Part shown: positions 16,245 to 24,395 of the stretch, piece after piece
Layout: each line of letters starts with the position of its first letter
How positions within the stretch are numbered: position 1 is the stretch's first letter
Assembly (NCBI GenBank): GCA_943354165.1
Contig: CALRBH010000006.1
Location: 1-42,708 of the forward strand
Source: Candidatus Uhrbacteria bacterium RIFOXYB12_FULL_58_10
GTDB lineage: Bacteria > Patescibacteriota > Patescibacteriia > UBA9934 > GWF2-40-263
Reading direction: 5' to 3'
DNA length: 42,708 bases
Notes under the pieces: generated by a model
Told to the model about the DNA's origin: nothing
The model's database searches: none
Seen by the model: only the letters and a program-made list of their open reading frames with translations
Position numbers and translations under genes: made by a program

Positions 16245-16937
16245 TCATACCGCGTAAGCCATTTCTGCGTCGTAGGCGTCCTGCATCCGCTCCAGATCGC
16301 GTCGCAGCACGTGTTTCAGATCGTCCCAGTTACGGAACGCTTTTATGTGCCCCGGGAGCGTCGTTACCAGTGCGGCAAACTGCTCGTCCGTATCATGCAC
16401 CCGCAACAGGTACTGATAGGGCACATCCTCCCGAGAAATCTTTTCGAGCACGTCCAGTCGGTCATCCACAAAATGTGTCAGACCAAGCTGGGCGCAATAA
16501 AGATCTTTCCTGTCACGCTCACCGGGAAACCGGAGAACGGACTTCTTCACCTGATAGGTCGATCGTTCCGATCTCGGCACCTTGGCCAGCTGCTTATAGG
16601 GTGAGGAGACGCACAGACCGGTCCGATTCTCGAAGTCATGTTCATCCAACCACAGAATCCGCGAGGTCACGACCTTCGGATAGCCGGACGTGACAATGAA
16701 CACCTTCAGTTTTCTGTCATCGCTATCCTTGCGTCTCACATGGCGTCCGCGGTACACGTTCGGCGGAAACTCGAAATCCTTCACAAGGCCAGCGATGGCC
16801 ACGAAGGCACCATCAACTTCCGGAAGTTTCGGGTGCCGCCGCCGGAACCGTTCGCCAGTCTCTGGATCAATCATGTACTTATCGATAATCACGCCCCCGA
16901 GGTCCAACCCGAGGCGCGGTACTCTTGCGCGACTCAT
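16245..16937 (-). CDS. Hypothetical protein with HAD-like motif spacing but a degenerate motif I
   Basis: The pattern LGLDLGGVI ... VFIVTSG ... RKDLYCAQLGLTHFVDDRLD resembles HAD motifs I-IV, but D+2 of DxD is Gly. The start is trimmed to ATG 16937, preceded by GGAGGA. Confidence 0.5.
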   Translation of the reverse strand: MSRARVPRLGLDLGGVIIDKYMIDPETGERFRRRHPKLPEVDGAFVAIAGLVKDFEFPPNVYRGRHVRRKDSDDRKLKVFIVTSGYPKVVTSRILWLDEHDFENRTGLCVSSPYKQLAKVPRSERSTYQVKKSVLRFPGERDRKDLYCAQLGLTHFVDDRLDVLEKISREDVPYQYLLRVHDTDEQFAALVTTLPGHIKAFRNWDDLKHVLRRDLERMQDAYDAEMAYAV

Positions 16938-16974
16938 GGGGTCCTCCAAGGGTTAGATATACGGGTACAAGGCG

Positions 16975-17003
16975 GTTGTATGATTTTTTGAGAGATTTGT
17001 CAA
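16975..17003 (-). promoter_or_regulatory. Candidate promoter (TTGACA-N17-TACAAC) of the 16245-16937 gene
   Basis: On the minus strand, TTGACA is at 17003..16998, the spacer is 17 nt and TACAAC is at 16980..16975. Confidence 0.5.
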
Positions 17004-17013
17004 TCCTCTCCCT

Positions 17014-17047
17014 AATAAAAAACGCCGTCCGAAAGGTCTCGGACGGC
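17014..17047 (-). terminator. Intrinsic terminator after the 17071-17433 gene
   Basis: The minus strand reads GCCGTCCGA-GACCTT-TCGGACGGC (9-bp stem) followed by GTTTTTTATT. Confidence 0.8.
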
Positions 17048-17070
17048 GCATGAGATAGGTATGATTCGCA

Positions 17071-17433
17071 TCAGGAAATGAAGGGGAACGACTGTTGCCC
17101 CTCTGACTTGCCGATCTCGATCACCTTCATAAAGGCTTCATATTCGCTCGTGAATGCCCAATCGGCGTAGACCGTTTCCTGATCCAGTCGCAGGAACGGG
17201 TCCGGCACATGACGCCGAAAGACCATACGAGCGTCCATCGCGACCACGCTCCCCGCGAGACGTCGGATGAAACTGAGCCGTGGGACGCTTCCAACGGCTT
17301 CGATGTGACAACGCCACTTGATGGAACACTGGATGTGCTCCTTCGTCCCATCGACCTCAACCGTGAACATCTCTCCGTTCACGGCGATCACGGTGCCGTG
17401 CTCCAGACAATGCACTTTCTTTCTTTTCCCCAT
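17071..17433 (-). CDS. Hypothetical protein; the N-terminal 75 aa or so resemble an IF-1/S1-like OB fold, followed by a C-terminal extension of about 45 aa
   Basis: ATG 17433 is preceded by AGGAGG. The blocks HGTVIAVNGEMFTVEVDG...IKWR and FIRRLAGSVVAMD..RMVFRR parallel the IF-1 blocks [20 protein letters not shown]...GKMR and YIRILTGDKVTVE..GRIVFR as I recall them. Confidence 0.4.
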   Translation of the reverse strand: MGKRKKVHCLEHGTVIAVNGEMFTVEVDGTKEHIQCSIKWRCHIEAVGSVPRLSFIRRLAGSVVAMDARMVFRRHVPDPFLRLDQETVYADWAFTSEYEAFMKVIEIGKSEGQQSFPFIS

Positions 17434-17469
17434 GGTTTCCTCCTGCAATAAGGTTGTCTGACGTCGGCA

Positions 17470-17498
17470 ATAATAGCCTAAAATCGATGAAATGTCAA
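17470..17498 (-). promoter_or_regulatory. Candidate promoter (TTGACA-N17-TATTAT) of the 17071-17433 gene
   Basis: On the minus strand, TTGACA is at 17498..17493, the spacer is 17 nt and TATTAT is at 17475..17470. Confidence 0.6.
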
Positions 17499-17515
17499 TG
17501 ATCTGAACTAAACAG

Positions 17516-17545
17516 AAAAACCACTCCTTTTCGGGAGTGGTTTTT
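17516..17545 (-). terminator. Intrinsic terminator directly after tRNA-Arg (symmetric A/T flanks)
   Basis: AAAAA-CCACTCC-TTTTCG-GGAGTGG-TTTTT. Confidence 0.7.
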
Positions 17546-17546
17546 G

Positions 17547-17623
17547 TGGTGTGGGCGGAGGGATTTGAACCCCCTACCTCCTGGTTCGAAGCCAGGCGCT
17601 CTATCCAAATGAGCTACGCCCAC
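17547..17623 (-). tRNA. tRNA-Arg (anticodon UCG), CCA encoded
   Basis: The reverse complement GTGGGCGTAGCTCATTTGGATAGAGCGCCTGGCTTCGAACCAGGAGGTAGGGGGTTCAAATCCCTCCGCCCACACCA folds as a cloverleaf. The anticodon loop is CTTCGAA. Confidence 0.9.
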
Positions 17624-17632
17624 ATGCGGCCT

Positions 17633-17661
17633 ATCCTAGGCTCAATCTTGACTAGGGTCAA
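17633..17661 (-). promoter_or_regulatory. Candidate promoter of tRNA-Arg (TTGACC-N17-TAGGAT)
   Basis: On the minus strand, TTGACC is at 17661..17656 and TAGGAT at 17638..17633. The -10 box is 9 nt from the tRNA 5' end. It overlaps the divergent tRNA-Lys promoter. Confidence 0.5.
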
Positions 17662-17676
17662 TGGATTTGCGATACT
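17648..17676 (+). promoter_or_regulatory. Candidate promoter of tRNA-Lys (TTGACT-N17-GATACT)
   Basis: TTGACT is at 17648-17653, the spacer is 17 nt and GATACT is at 17671-17676, 11 nt upstream of the tRNA 5' end. Confidence 0.45.
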
Positions 17677-17687
17677 TCCGCCGTTAC

Positions 17688-17763
17688 GCATCGGTAGCTC
17701 AGCTGGTAGAGCAGGGGACTCTTAATCCCTTGGTCGTGGGTTCGAGCCCCGCCCGATGCACCA
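17688..17763 (+). tRNA. tRNA-Lys (anticodon CUU), CCA encoded
   Basis: GCATCGGTAGCTCAGCTGGTAGAGCAGGGGACTCTTAATCCCTTGGTCGTGGGTTCGAGCCCCGCCCGATGCACCA. The anticodon loop is CTCTTAA. Confidence 0.92.
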
Positions 17764-17822
17764 AAAAAATCTATCCTCCAGGATGGATTTTCTTGTTTCG
17801 GCGTGCTAAAGTCGGATCCACT

Positions 17823-18371
17823 ATGAGCTTGTTTTCTTTCATGAAATCGACGGTCCTCGACCTCAAAACGGTCGGAACACTCTCCCCCGCCTCTTCGTTT
17901 ACCGCGAAGCGCGTTGGCAACGCGTTGCCACCAAACGCAAAAACCGTCCTTGAACTTGGCGCCGGCGATGGAGCCATTACGCGCACCTTGCTCGAACGCC
18001 TTTCCCCGGACGCTCGCCTGCTCGCCGTAGAAATGAAACCGGAATTCGCCGCCGTGCTCGAAGCCATCGGCGACGCTCGCCTTTCCGTTTACACGGGCGA
18101 CGCGCTCCAGATAAAAAACGAAGCCGCATCGCGCGGCTTCGTTTCTTTTGACGTCATCGTGTCGAGCCTACCGTTCGCGCTCTTCCCAGAAGCAGCGCGC
18201 GATTCCCTGCTGAACGATATTTTTGATTTGCTTGCGCCAGGTGGCGTCATCATCGTCTGCCAGCACATGCCTACCCTGCTCCCGGCGCTCAAGGAGAAAT
18301 ATCACATCGATATCCAGGTGGAACCACTGAACATGCCGCCGTATTTCATCCTGCGCGGGACGAAGCGGTAA
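17823..18371 (+). CDS. Class I SAM-dependent methyltransferase (substrate unknown)
   Basis: Motif I VLELGAGDGAITRTLLE and the post-I acidic residue LLAVEM. The start is trimmed to ATG 17823. The track ORF's N-terminus reads through tRNA-Lys. Confidence 0.75.
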   Translation: MSLFSFMKSTVLDLKTVGTLSPASSFTAKRVGNALPPNAKTVLELGAGDGAITRTLLERLSPDARLLAVEMKPEFAAVLEAIGDARLSVYTGDALQIKNEAASRGFVSFDVIVSSLPFALFPEAARDSLLNDIFDLLAPGGVIIVCQHMPTLLPALKEKYHIDIQVEPLNMPPYFILRGTKR

Positions 18372-18380
18372 ACCGCTTCT

Positions 18381-18480
18381 GGGTCTGTAAGGGCGGTAAG
18401 GGTTGTAATGGACTGTGAGGGGCGAAGATTCGTTTTGTTTTCCCCTAACAGCCCTTACCACCATTACAACCCTTACCGCC
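18381..18480. repeat. Inverted nonamer array, GGGNNGTAA/TTACNNCCC family, copy 3
   Basis: The G-rich arm at 18381-18422 is GGGTCTGTAAGGGCGGTAAGGGTTGTAATGGACTGTGAGGGG. The loop is 19 nt. The C-rich arm at 18442-18480 is CCCCTAACAGCCCTTACCACCATTACAACCCTTACCGCC. It lies between the convergent methyltransferase and rnc genes. Confidence 0.9.
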
Positions 18481-18489
18481 TTTCGCCTC

Positions 18490-19179
18490 CTACCATCCCT
18501 TCGCCTTAATCGCCTCCTCCGCCGCAGCGACCTGCGCTTCGTGCTTAGAACTTCCGGACCCCTTCGCAACGAGTTCCTTGTTCAAGTAGATGCCCACTTC
18601 GAAAATTTTATTGTGATCGGGACCCACCTCGCTCATCACTTTGTAGTTTGGCGTGATGCCAAGCTTCTCCTGTGAAGCTTCCTGGAACCGACTCTTAGGA
18701 TCCACGTATAATCGGTGTTCAAGAATGCGCGGAAGCTCGGAGAGAACCACGCGCGTGATGAATTTCTTGGACTCGTCCCAGCCGCGATCGATGTAGATGG
18801 CGCCGATGATGGCCTCGATGGCGTTCGCGAGAATATAGCGGCGAGCCTTTGAGTCGGCATCCTTCGATTCTCCACGCGAAAGGTAAAGGAACGGCTCGAC
18901 ATCGAGCTTCTTACAGATATCCGACATCATGTCCGCGTTTACCAAGGCCGCGCGCCAGTTGGTGAGCTCACCCTCTGGATTTTCGTAATGCTTGTAGAGA
19001 TATTCCGTAACGACCAGTTCGAGCACGGCGTCGCCAAGAAACTCTAGGCGTTCATTGTGCCCGAGCGGAAAATCAGGATGTTCGTTGAGGTAACTGCGGT
19101 GAACCAGCGCTTGGCGCAGCGTATCCGTGTTTAGAAACGTTACACCAAGGGTTTGTTCAAACGGTTGTAAATTCGTCAT
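18490..19179 (-). CDS. rnc: Ribonuclease III
   Basis: Signature NERLEFLGDAVLE and a C-terminal dsRBD (GSGSSKHEAQVAAAEEAI). Confidence 0.95.
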   Translation of the reverse strand: MTNLQPFEQTLGVTFLNTDTLRQALVHRSYLNEHPDFPLGHNERLEFLGDAVLELVVTEYLYKHYENPEGELTNWRAALVNADMMSDICKKLDVEPFLYLSRGESKDADSKARRYILANAIEAIIGAIYIDRGWDESKKFITRVVLSELPRILEHRLYVDPKSRFQEASQEKLGITPNYKVMSEVGPDHNKIFEVGIYLNKELVAKGSGSSKHEAQVAAAEEAIKAKGW

Positions 19180-19184
19180 AACGT

Positions 19185-19676
19185 CTATAGGGGAGTTGCA
19201 GATTGAACTTCCTCCACTTTTTTCACCACGGGAGCCTTATCAATATCCTTCGTCGTCCCCGTTGCCACCATGTCCTTGTAGATAGCCCCGAGCACACCGT
19301 TCACAAACTGCCCCGACTTCTCTCCACCGAATCCCTTGGCGAGTTCAATCGCCTCGTTGATGGCCACCTTGGAAGGAACCGATGGGGAAAAGCGCAGCTC
19401 ATAGCAGCCGAGGCGGAGAATGTTCCGGTCGACCACCGTCATGGCATCCAGCGGCCACTCTGGGGCGAACTGGGCCAAGATGGCATCGACCTGTTCCATG
19501 TTCGTAATCGTCCCATCCACCAGTTCCTTAATGAACCCGCCGTCATCGAAGTTTGAGGCGAACTCCGCCTTGCAGAACTTCATAATCTCCTCGATCCGGC
19601 CTTCCGGACGGCCAAGAAAATCCCATTGGTAGAGGGTTTGCATGGCGATGGTTCGGGCAAGATGGCGGTTGGACAT
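19185..19676 (-). CDS. nusB: Transcription antitermination factor NusB
   Basis: MSNRHLARTIAMQTLYQWDF... is typical of NusB. ATG 19676 is preferred over the TTG at 19685. Confidence 0.9.
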   Translation of the reverse strand: MSNRHLARTIAMQTLYQWDFLGRPEGRIEEIMKFCKAEFASNFDDGGFIKELVDGTITNMEQVDAILAQFAPEWPLDAMTVVDRNILRLGCYELRFSPSVPSKVAINEAIELAKGFGGEKSGQFVNGVLGAIYKDMVATGTTKDIDKAPVVKKVEEVQSATPL

Positions 19677-19702
19677 AAAGGGCAAGGGCTGTAAGGGATT
19701 TC
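19677..19702. repeat. Short G-rich remnant of the GGGNNGTAA family
   Basis: AAAGGGCAAGGGCTGTAAGGGATT lies immediately upstream of the nusB start. Confidence 0.6.
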
Positions 19703-19721
19703 AGTAAACCCATGATAACAG

Positions 19722-19753
19722 AAAGGCGCCGATCCTGTTAGACCGGCGCCTTT
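19722..19753 (-). other. 10-bp hairpin between rpmF and nusB (attenuator or processing-site candidate)
   Basis: AAAGGCGCCG-12 nt loop-CGGCGCCTTT, starting 5 nt after the rpmF stop. No extended U-tract follows. Confidence 0.4.
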
Positions 19754-19757
19754 TGGC

Positions 19758-20096
19758 TTACTTGGCGGCTTTTGGAGCCTTTGCAACCTTCTTGGCATTA
19801 GGCGCGGGCTTTTTCTCGTCGTCATGACCTTCGCCTGGGGCGTGATTATGACCGGCATGGTCATCAGCCATAGGCGCTGCCTTCTTAGCGGAAGCCTTCT
19901 TTACGAGCTTCGCGGCGATGCGCTTGGTCGAAAGGACCTTCTTGCCCTTGTAGGCACCGCAGTTCTTGCAGGCGCTGTGCGGAGCGATAGGAGCCTTGCA
20001 CTCGGTGCAGACCGAAAGCGCAATCGGCTTAAGGGCGAAGTGGGAAGCGCGGCGACGCTTGTGTGAACTTGTACGGCGATGTCCGGGAAGGCCCAT
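19758..20096 (-). CDS. rpmF: 50S ribosomal protein L32 with a long C-terminal extension
   Basis: MGLPGHRRTSSHKRRRASHFALKP...CTECKAPIAPHSACKNCGAYKGKKV is an L32 core with a CxxC...CxxC zinc ribbon. A Lys/Ala- and His-rich tail of about 50 aa follows. Confidence 0.9.
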   Translation of the reverse strand: MGLPGHRRTSSHKRRRASHFALKPIALSVCTECKAPIAPHSACKNCGAYKGKKVLSTKRIAAKLVKKASAKKAAPMADDHAGHNHAPGEGHDDEKKPAPNAKKVAKAPKAAK

Positions 20097-20123
20097 AGGA
20101 AATAGGAAGAATTGATTGGCGGG

Positions 20124-20152
20124 AGCTTAGCAGTGGGCTCTTGAACCGTCAA
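20124..20152 (-). promoter_or_regulatory. Candidate promoter of rpmF-nusB-rnc (TTGACG-N17-TAAGCT)
   Basis: On the minus strand, TTGACG is at 20152..20147, the spacer is 17 nt and TAAGCT is at 20129..20124. Confidence 0.4.
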
Positions 20153-20156
20153 GAAT

Positions 20157-22631
20157 CTAGACGATGGTGGCGGTTGCGACCGTATCATCCACCTTCTTGA
20201 ACCGCATCACACGGACCCCCTGTGTCGCCCGACCAATCACGGATACCGAGGAAATCGAGGAACGAATGACCTGGCCATTGGCCGAAACCACGATGAGATC
20301 GCGGTCGTCCTTGGCGTTTACGATCGTTGCGATCGTGATCGTACCCGTCTTCTTGGTAATCGCGGCTGTAAGAATCCCAGATCCGCCGCGACCTTGAGTC
20401 TTGTACTCAGTCACGTCCGTGCGCTTTCCGTACCCGTTTTGCATAATGACAAGGAGCTGAAGCTGACCAGCCTTCGTGCCAGTTCCCGCTTCGACGACTT
20501 CCATGCCGACAACCTTATCGTTCCCCTTGAGCTTGATCCCGCGCACACCTGCGGCCATACGACCCATCGGACGCGCGTCCTTCTCGGCGAAGCGGACGGA
20601 CTGACCATTCGAAGTGACGAGCATGATGTCGTCCTTGCCGGAGGTCGGCTTCACCCAAGCGAGACTCTCGCCGTCCTTGAGCTTGATCGCGATGAGTCCC
20701 GAGCGGCGCACGTTGTCGAACGAATCGAGTTCCGTCTTCTTCACGGTTCCCTTGTCGGTTACCATCAGGAGGAATTTCACGTCTTCCATCTCTTCCAGCG
20801 AGAGCGCAGCCGAAACCATTTCCCCTGGCGCAAGTTGAAGGAAGTTCACCAATGCCTGACCCTTCGAAATTCGAGAAACTTCCGGAACCTCGTACGCCTT
20901 GAGCTGGAACACACGTCCACGCGAGGTAAAGAAAAGAAGATCCGTGTGTGTGGTCGTCGAGAAGATCTGATCGATCTCATCCTCCTCCTTGGTGGTAATC
21001 CCGGACACGCCCTTCCCTCCGCGTTCCTGGCGCTTGAAGGTATCAGGTGGCAAACGCTTGATGTACCCGCCGCTCGTAATCATCACCATGGCCGGAACGT
21101 CAGGAATTACATCCTCAATGGAGAATTCCTTGATGCCCGTCTTCACAATCTGCGTGCGGCGCTCGTCGCCGTAGGTTTCCTTAAGCTCCTTGAGCTCGGT
21201 GGAAATAACGCCGAGCATGCGCTTCTCTGATTTCAAAATCGCTTCAAGCTCCTTAATGATCTTCATCTTTTCATCGTATTCCTGTTCCACTTTCAAGCGT
21301 TCAAGGTTTGCGAGAGCCTGCAAGCGCATTTCAAGAATGGCCACGGACTGAATCTCGGAAAGCCGGAATCCACCCATGAGGTTCACACGGGCGTCGTCCT
21401 TGTCCTTGGACTTCTTGATGGTGGCGATGATCTTATCGATCTGAAGCAATGCAATACGAAGACCTTCAAGAATGTGGGCGCGATCCTGTGCGCGGGCGAG
21501 ATCGTACGCGGTGCGACGACGAACCACTACGCGGCGATGCTTGAGATATTCCTCAAGGATCATCTTGAGCGTGAGCACGCGCGGCTGAATGCCGTCCACG
21601 AGCGCCAGCATGTTGTAGTGGAAGGTCTCCTGAAGCTGGGTGGTCTGGTACAGGCGGTTCAACACCTTCTTTGGGAACGCGTCCTTCTTGAGTTCGATGA
21701 CGATGCGCACACCGTCCTGCGTGGACTCATCGCGAAGATCGCGAATCCCTTCAAGCTTCTTTTCCTTCACGTTATCCGCAATCTTTTCAAGAAGCGTGGA
21801 CTTGTTCACCTGATAAGGAATCTCGTTCACGATGATGGCGAAGTTCCCTTTGGAGTCCTCAACGATCTCCGTCTTCGCACGCACCACTACGCCACCCTTC
21901 CCCGTAGCGAAGGCGACTTTGATGTCCGAGGAACTGTACGCAATGCCGCCCGTTGGGAAGTCTGGACCTTTAACAAATTCGCAAAGTTTATCGACATCAA
22001 CGTCAGGGTTTTCGATGAGGTATTGAATCGCATCGATGATCTCGCCCAGGTTGTGGGGAGGGATCGATGAAGCCATACCGACAGCAATGCCGACCGTGCC
22101 GTTCACGATCAGGTTCGGAACTTTTCCTGGAAGAACCTTTGGTTCCTTATGTGTTCCATCAAAATTCGGACTGAAGTCAACGGTGTCCTTCTCGATGTCC
22201 GTCAACATTTCCTCCGCGAGGCGCTTGAGCTTGGCTTCCGTATAACGATACGCAGCGGCCGCGTCGCCATCGAGCGAACCGAAGTTTCCCTGGCCCATGA
22301 CGAGCGGGTAGCGGAGCGAAAAATCCTGCGCCATGCGGACCATGGACTCGTACACCGCGCTGTCGCCGTGCGGGTGATACTTACCAAGAACGTCTCCGAC
22401 CACGGTCGCGGATTTACGGAACTTGGCGGATGCACGGAGTCCTGACTGCCACATGGAGAAGAGAATGCGTCGGTGCACCGGCTTCAAGCCGTCGCGGATG
22501 TCAGGAAGCGCACGACCAACAATCACGCTCATCGCGTAATCAAGATAGCTCGTCTGCATTTCATCGACGATGTTCTGTTGAAGGATGGTGCCGCGGTTTG
22601 AGGCTTCAACCGGTTCAGTCTCTCGTGGCAT
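20157..22631 (-). CDS. gyrA: DNA gyrase subunit A
   Basis: 824 aa with the active-site Tyr context [11 protein letters not shown] and GyrA C-terminal beta-pinwheel repeats. Confidence 0.96.
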   Translation of the reverse strand: MPRETEPVEASNRGTILQQNIVDEMQTSYLDYAMSVIVGRALPDIRDGLKPVHRRILFSMWQSGLRASAKFRKSATVVGDVLGKYHPHGDSAVYESMVRMAQDFSLRYPLVMGQGNFGSLDGDAAAAYRYTEAKLKRLAEEMLTDIEKDTVDFSPNFDGTHKEPKVLPGKVPNLIVNGTVGIAVGMASSIPPHNLGEIIDAIQYLIENPDVDVDKLCEFVKGPDFPTGGIAYSSSDIKVAFATGKGGVVVRAKTEIVEDSKGNFAIIVNEIPYQVNKSTLLEKIADNVKEKKLEGIRDLRDESTQDGVRIVIELKKDAFPKKVLNRLYQTTQLQETFHYNMLALVDGIQPRVLTLKMILEEYLKHRRVVVRRRTAYDLARAQDRAHILEGLRIALLQIDKIIATIKKSKDKDDARVNLMGGFRLSEIQSVAILEMRLQALANLERLKVEQEYDEKMKIIKELEAILKSEKRMLGVISTELKELKETYGDERRTQIVKTGIKEFSIEDVIPDVPAMVMITSGGYIKRLPPDTFKRQERGGKGVSGITTKEEDEIDQIFSTTTHTDLLFFTSRGRVFQLKAYEVPEVSRISKGQALVNFLQLAPGEMVSAALSLEEMEDVKFLLMVTDKGTVKKTELDSFDNVRRSGLIAIKLKDGESLAWVKPTSGKDDIMLVTSNGQSVRFAEKDARPMGRMAAGVRGIKLKGNDKVVGMEVVEAGTGTKAGQLQLLVIMQNGYGKRTDVTEYKTQGRGGSGILTAAITKKTGTITIATIVNAKDDRDLIVVSANGQVIRSSISSVSVIGRATQGVRVMRFKKVDDTVATATIV

Positions 22632-22632
22632 A

Positions 22633-22956
22633 TCAAGGAGTTTCTAAATTCGTTTTCATGCGGGCGGCTACATCGCGCAGAACCGCTTCCTGCCGCGCGA
22701 CTTCAGCGGACTGAGGCGGCTCGGCGACTTCCTGCTTCACCAGATCGCGCTGCGCACGCGTCTCTTCGTCTAGTTGCAGGAAGAAACTCTGCGCGCTCTG
22801 CACCCCATCGCCACTGGAGGCGACCGCGCTCATGACCACAGACTTGATCGTGAACACCCAGCCCACGGCCACCAGCGCAAAAATCCCCACGATCACGCTC
22901 CAAAACTTGGCGTGTTCCGCGTGAGACCGTACCGGGACGTAGACATGGTTTTCCAT
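22633..22956 (-). CDS. Small single-pass membrane protein, function unknown
   Basis: 107 aa with one hydrophobic helix ([20 protein letters not shown]). Its stop abuts the gyrA start. No recognisable motifs. Confidence 0.5.
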   Translation of the reverse strand: MENHVYVPVRSHAEHAKFWSVIVGIFALVAVGWVFTIKSVVMSAVASSGDGVQSAQSFFLQLDEETRAQRDLVKQEVAEPPQSAEVARQEAVLRDVAARMKTNLETP

Positions 22957-22958
22957 AC

Positions 22959-23588
22959 CTAGCGGGTTAAGACCACGATGATCATATCTTCCTCAGGCAA
23001 ATCCTTGCGCGCTACCTTGTACTTGTTCATTTCTTCCTTGCGCGCGCCACCCATCGCCTTCACGAATTCAGAAACAGGTTGAAGCTCTTCCTTGAGCCCG
23101 TCCACTTCATAGGTCATCGGGATCACCACGCGAGGTTCCACCGCAGCGATAATCTCCGCCGCCTTTTTCCCATCGAGCACGCGTCCGCCGCCAACCGGAA
23201 TCATGAGAATGTCCACGTCTTTCAAGGATTCGATCTCTTCATCCGTGAGCATGCGATCAAGGGCGCCAAGGTGGGCCACAGACATGTCCTCGCTCTCAAT
23301 GCGACAGATACGATTGTCGCCCTTCGCGTTCGGCGCACTCACTGCATACACAAACACGCCTTTTACTTCGAATTCGCCAGGCAAATCCACGCGGAACGGC
23401 GAGCCCGTAACAGCGCTCACGTTATCCGCATCGTTGCCTTTGTGGCTGATCGTCACAATCTGCGCCTCCAAGGCGCGCTGCTTCAGTCCGGTCGCCGCAT
23501 CGTACGGATCCGTAACAATAACTACCTCGCCATCCGAGGTTTTGGTCGTAATTTCAAAACAAGCCAAGCCATTCCAGGAGATTTGCAT
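22959..23588 (-). CDS. MBL-fold metal-dependent hydrolase (UPF0173-like)
   Basis: 209 aa. MQISWNGLACFEITTK...IVTISHKGNDADN...MIPVGG resembles the small stand-alone beta-lactamase-fold hydrolases. Confidence 0.65.
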   Translation of the reverse strand: MQISWNGLACFEITTKTSDGEVVIVTDPYDAATGLKQRALEAQIVTISHKGNDADNVSAVTGSPFRVDLPGEFEVKGVFVYAVSAPNAKGDNRICRIESEDMSVAHLGALDRMLTDEEIESLKDVDILMIPVGGGRVLDGKKAAEIIAAVEPRVVIPMTYEVDGLKEELQPVSEFVKAMGGARKEEMNKYKVARKDLPEEDMIIVVLTR

Positions 23589-23597
23589 AACGGCGCA

Positions 23598-23626
23598 ATC
23601 TTATCAGCCGAGGCTTGTATTTACAA
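23598..23626 (-). promoter_or_regulatory. Candidate promoter (TTGTAA-N17-TAAGAT), with the -10 box only 9 nt from the ATG
   Basis: On the minus strand, TTGTAA is at 23626..23621, the spacer is 17 nt and TAAGAT is at 23603..23598. The ATG is at 23588 and there is no SD. Confidence 0.4.
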
Positions 23627-23637
23627 CTGATCGTCAA

Positions 23638-23668
23638 CCCCCGACTACCGACTCCCAGCTACCGACCC
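23638..23668. repeat. Locus-private heptamer array (GACTACC-type)
   Basis: CCCCC GACTACC GACTCCC AGCTACC GACCC. Confidence 0.7.
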
Positions 23669-23673
23669 TTCTC

Positions 23674-24348
23674 TTAAAGTTCCTCGCCCAACACCCCTTT
23701 CCAGTACTCAATTTCCTTGGTGACCTCCTCAAGCTCCGGATCACGCTCGGTGACAAGGAACCCTTCGCGGAAACGTTCTACGCGCCCCATGATTTCCTGG
23801 TTCCACTTGGGATCCTTAAGCGCGAGTTTTTCGAGTTCATCGATCTTTGCTTCGATGGCGGCGGCGTGAGCCTCCCACTTTGCGAGAGCTTTCTTATACG
23901 CCTCATTCTCCGGATGCGCGGCCTTCCCCATCTCTTCCTTAAGATGATCCGCCGCATCAAACAACGCGTCCTCTACCTGATAGCGCTCCTCCGCCGTAAA
24001 CTCTTCTTCAAAAATCGAACTGTTCGTAATCGCCTCAAGCGGAACGCCGGCATCAAGATGCTTCTTGAGCTTCGCAAGCACCTTTTCATCGACATGCTCC
24101 AAAACCATCTCAAGCTTGCGAGTCTCCTCAAGCTTTCCCACCACATCATGAAACGCCTTACGATGCGGATATTCCGCCCGCCCCGTCTTCTCAAGCGCCG
24201 CGAGGATCTCCTCCTCCATGGCGTTCTCATTGGCAAGTAAGGCGTCGTGTAGACCCTGGCCTTCGGCTTTTACCTCTGCAGGGACAGTAGGAACAAGGTG
24301 ATCGATGGCAAATTGGTATTCTTTAAGGAGATTTTCGTGAGGATGCAT
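23674..24348 (-). CDS. Hypothetical acidic, probably all-helical protein
   Basis: 224 aa from ATG 24348 (MHPHENLLKEYQF...). No motif recognised. The upstream 26 codons of the track ORF are hydrophobic read-through toward the repeat. Confidence 0.55.
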   Translation of the reverse strand: MHPHENLLKEYQFAIDHLVPTVPAEVKAEGQGLHDALLANENAMEEEILAALEKTGRAEYPHRKAFHDVVGKLEETRKLEMVLEHVDEKVLAKLKKHLDAGVPLEAITNSSIFEEEFTAEERYQVEDALFDAADHLKEEMGKAAHPENEAYKKALAKWEAHAAAIEAKIDELEKLALKDPKWNQEIMGRVERFREGFLVTERDPELEEVTKEIEYWKGVLGEEL

Positions 24349-24395
24349 AACGAGAATTGGGGATAAACCTATGGATAGTATGAGGCAGGCTGAAT

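Noticed and set aside
16245-17763. A genomic island or integrative element at the tRNA-Arg/tRNA-Lys locus
   Set aside because: There is no integrase, no direct repeat of a tRNA 3' end, and only two small unknown genes. The evidence is too thin to call a mobile element.
17661-17822. The N-terminal 54 codons of the 17661-18371 ORF
   Set aside because: They read straight through tRNA-Lys (17688-17763). The methyltransferase starts at ATG 17823.
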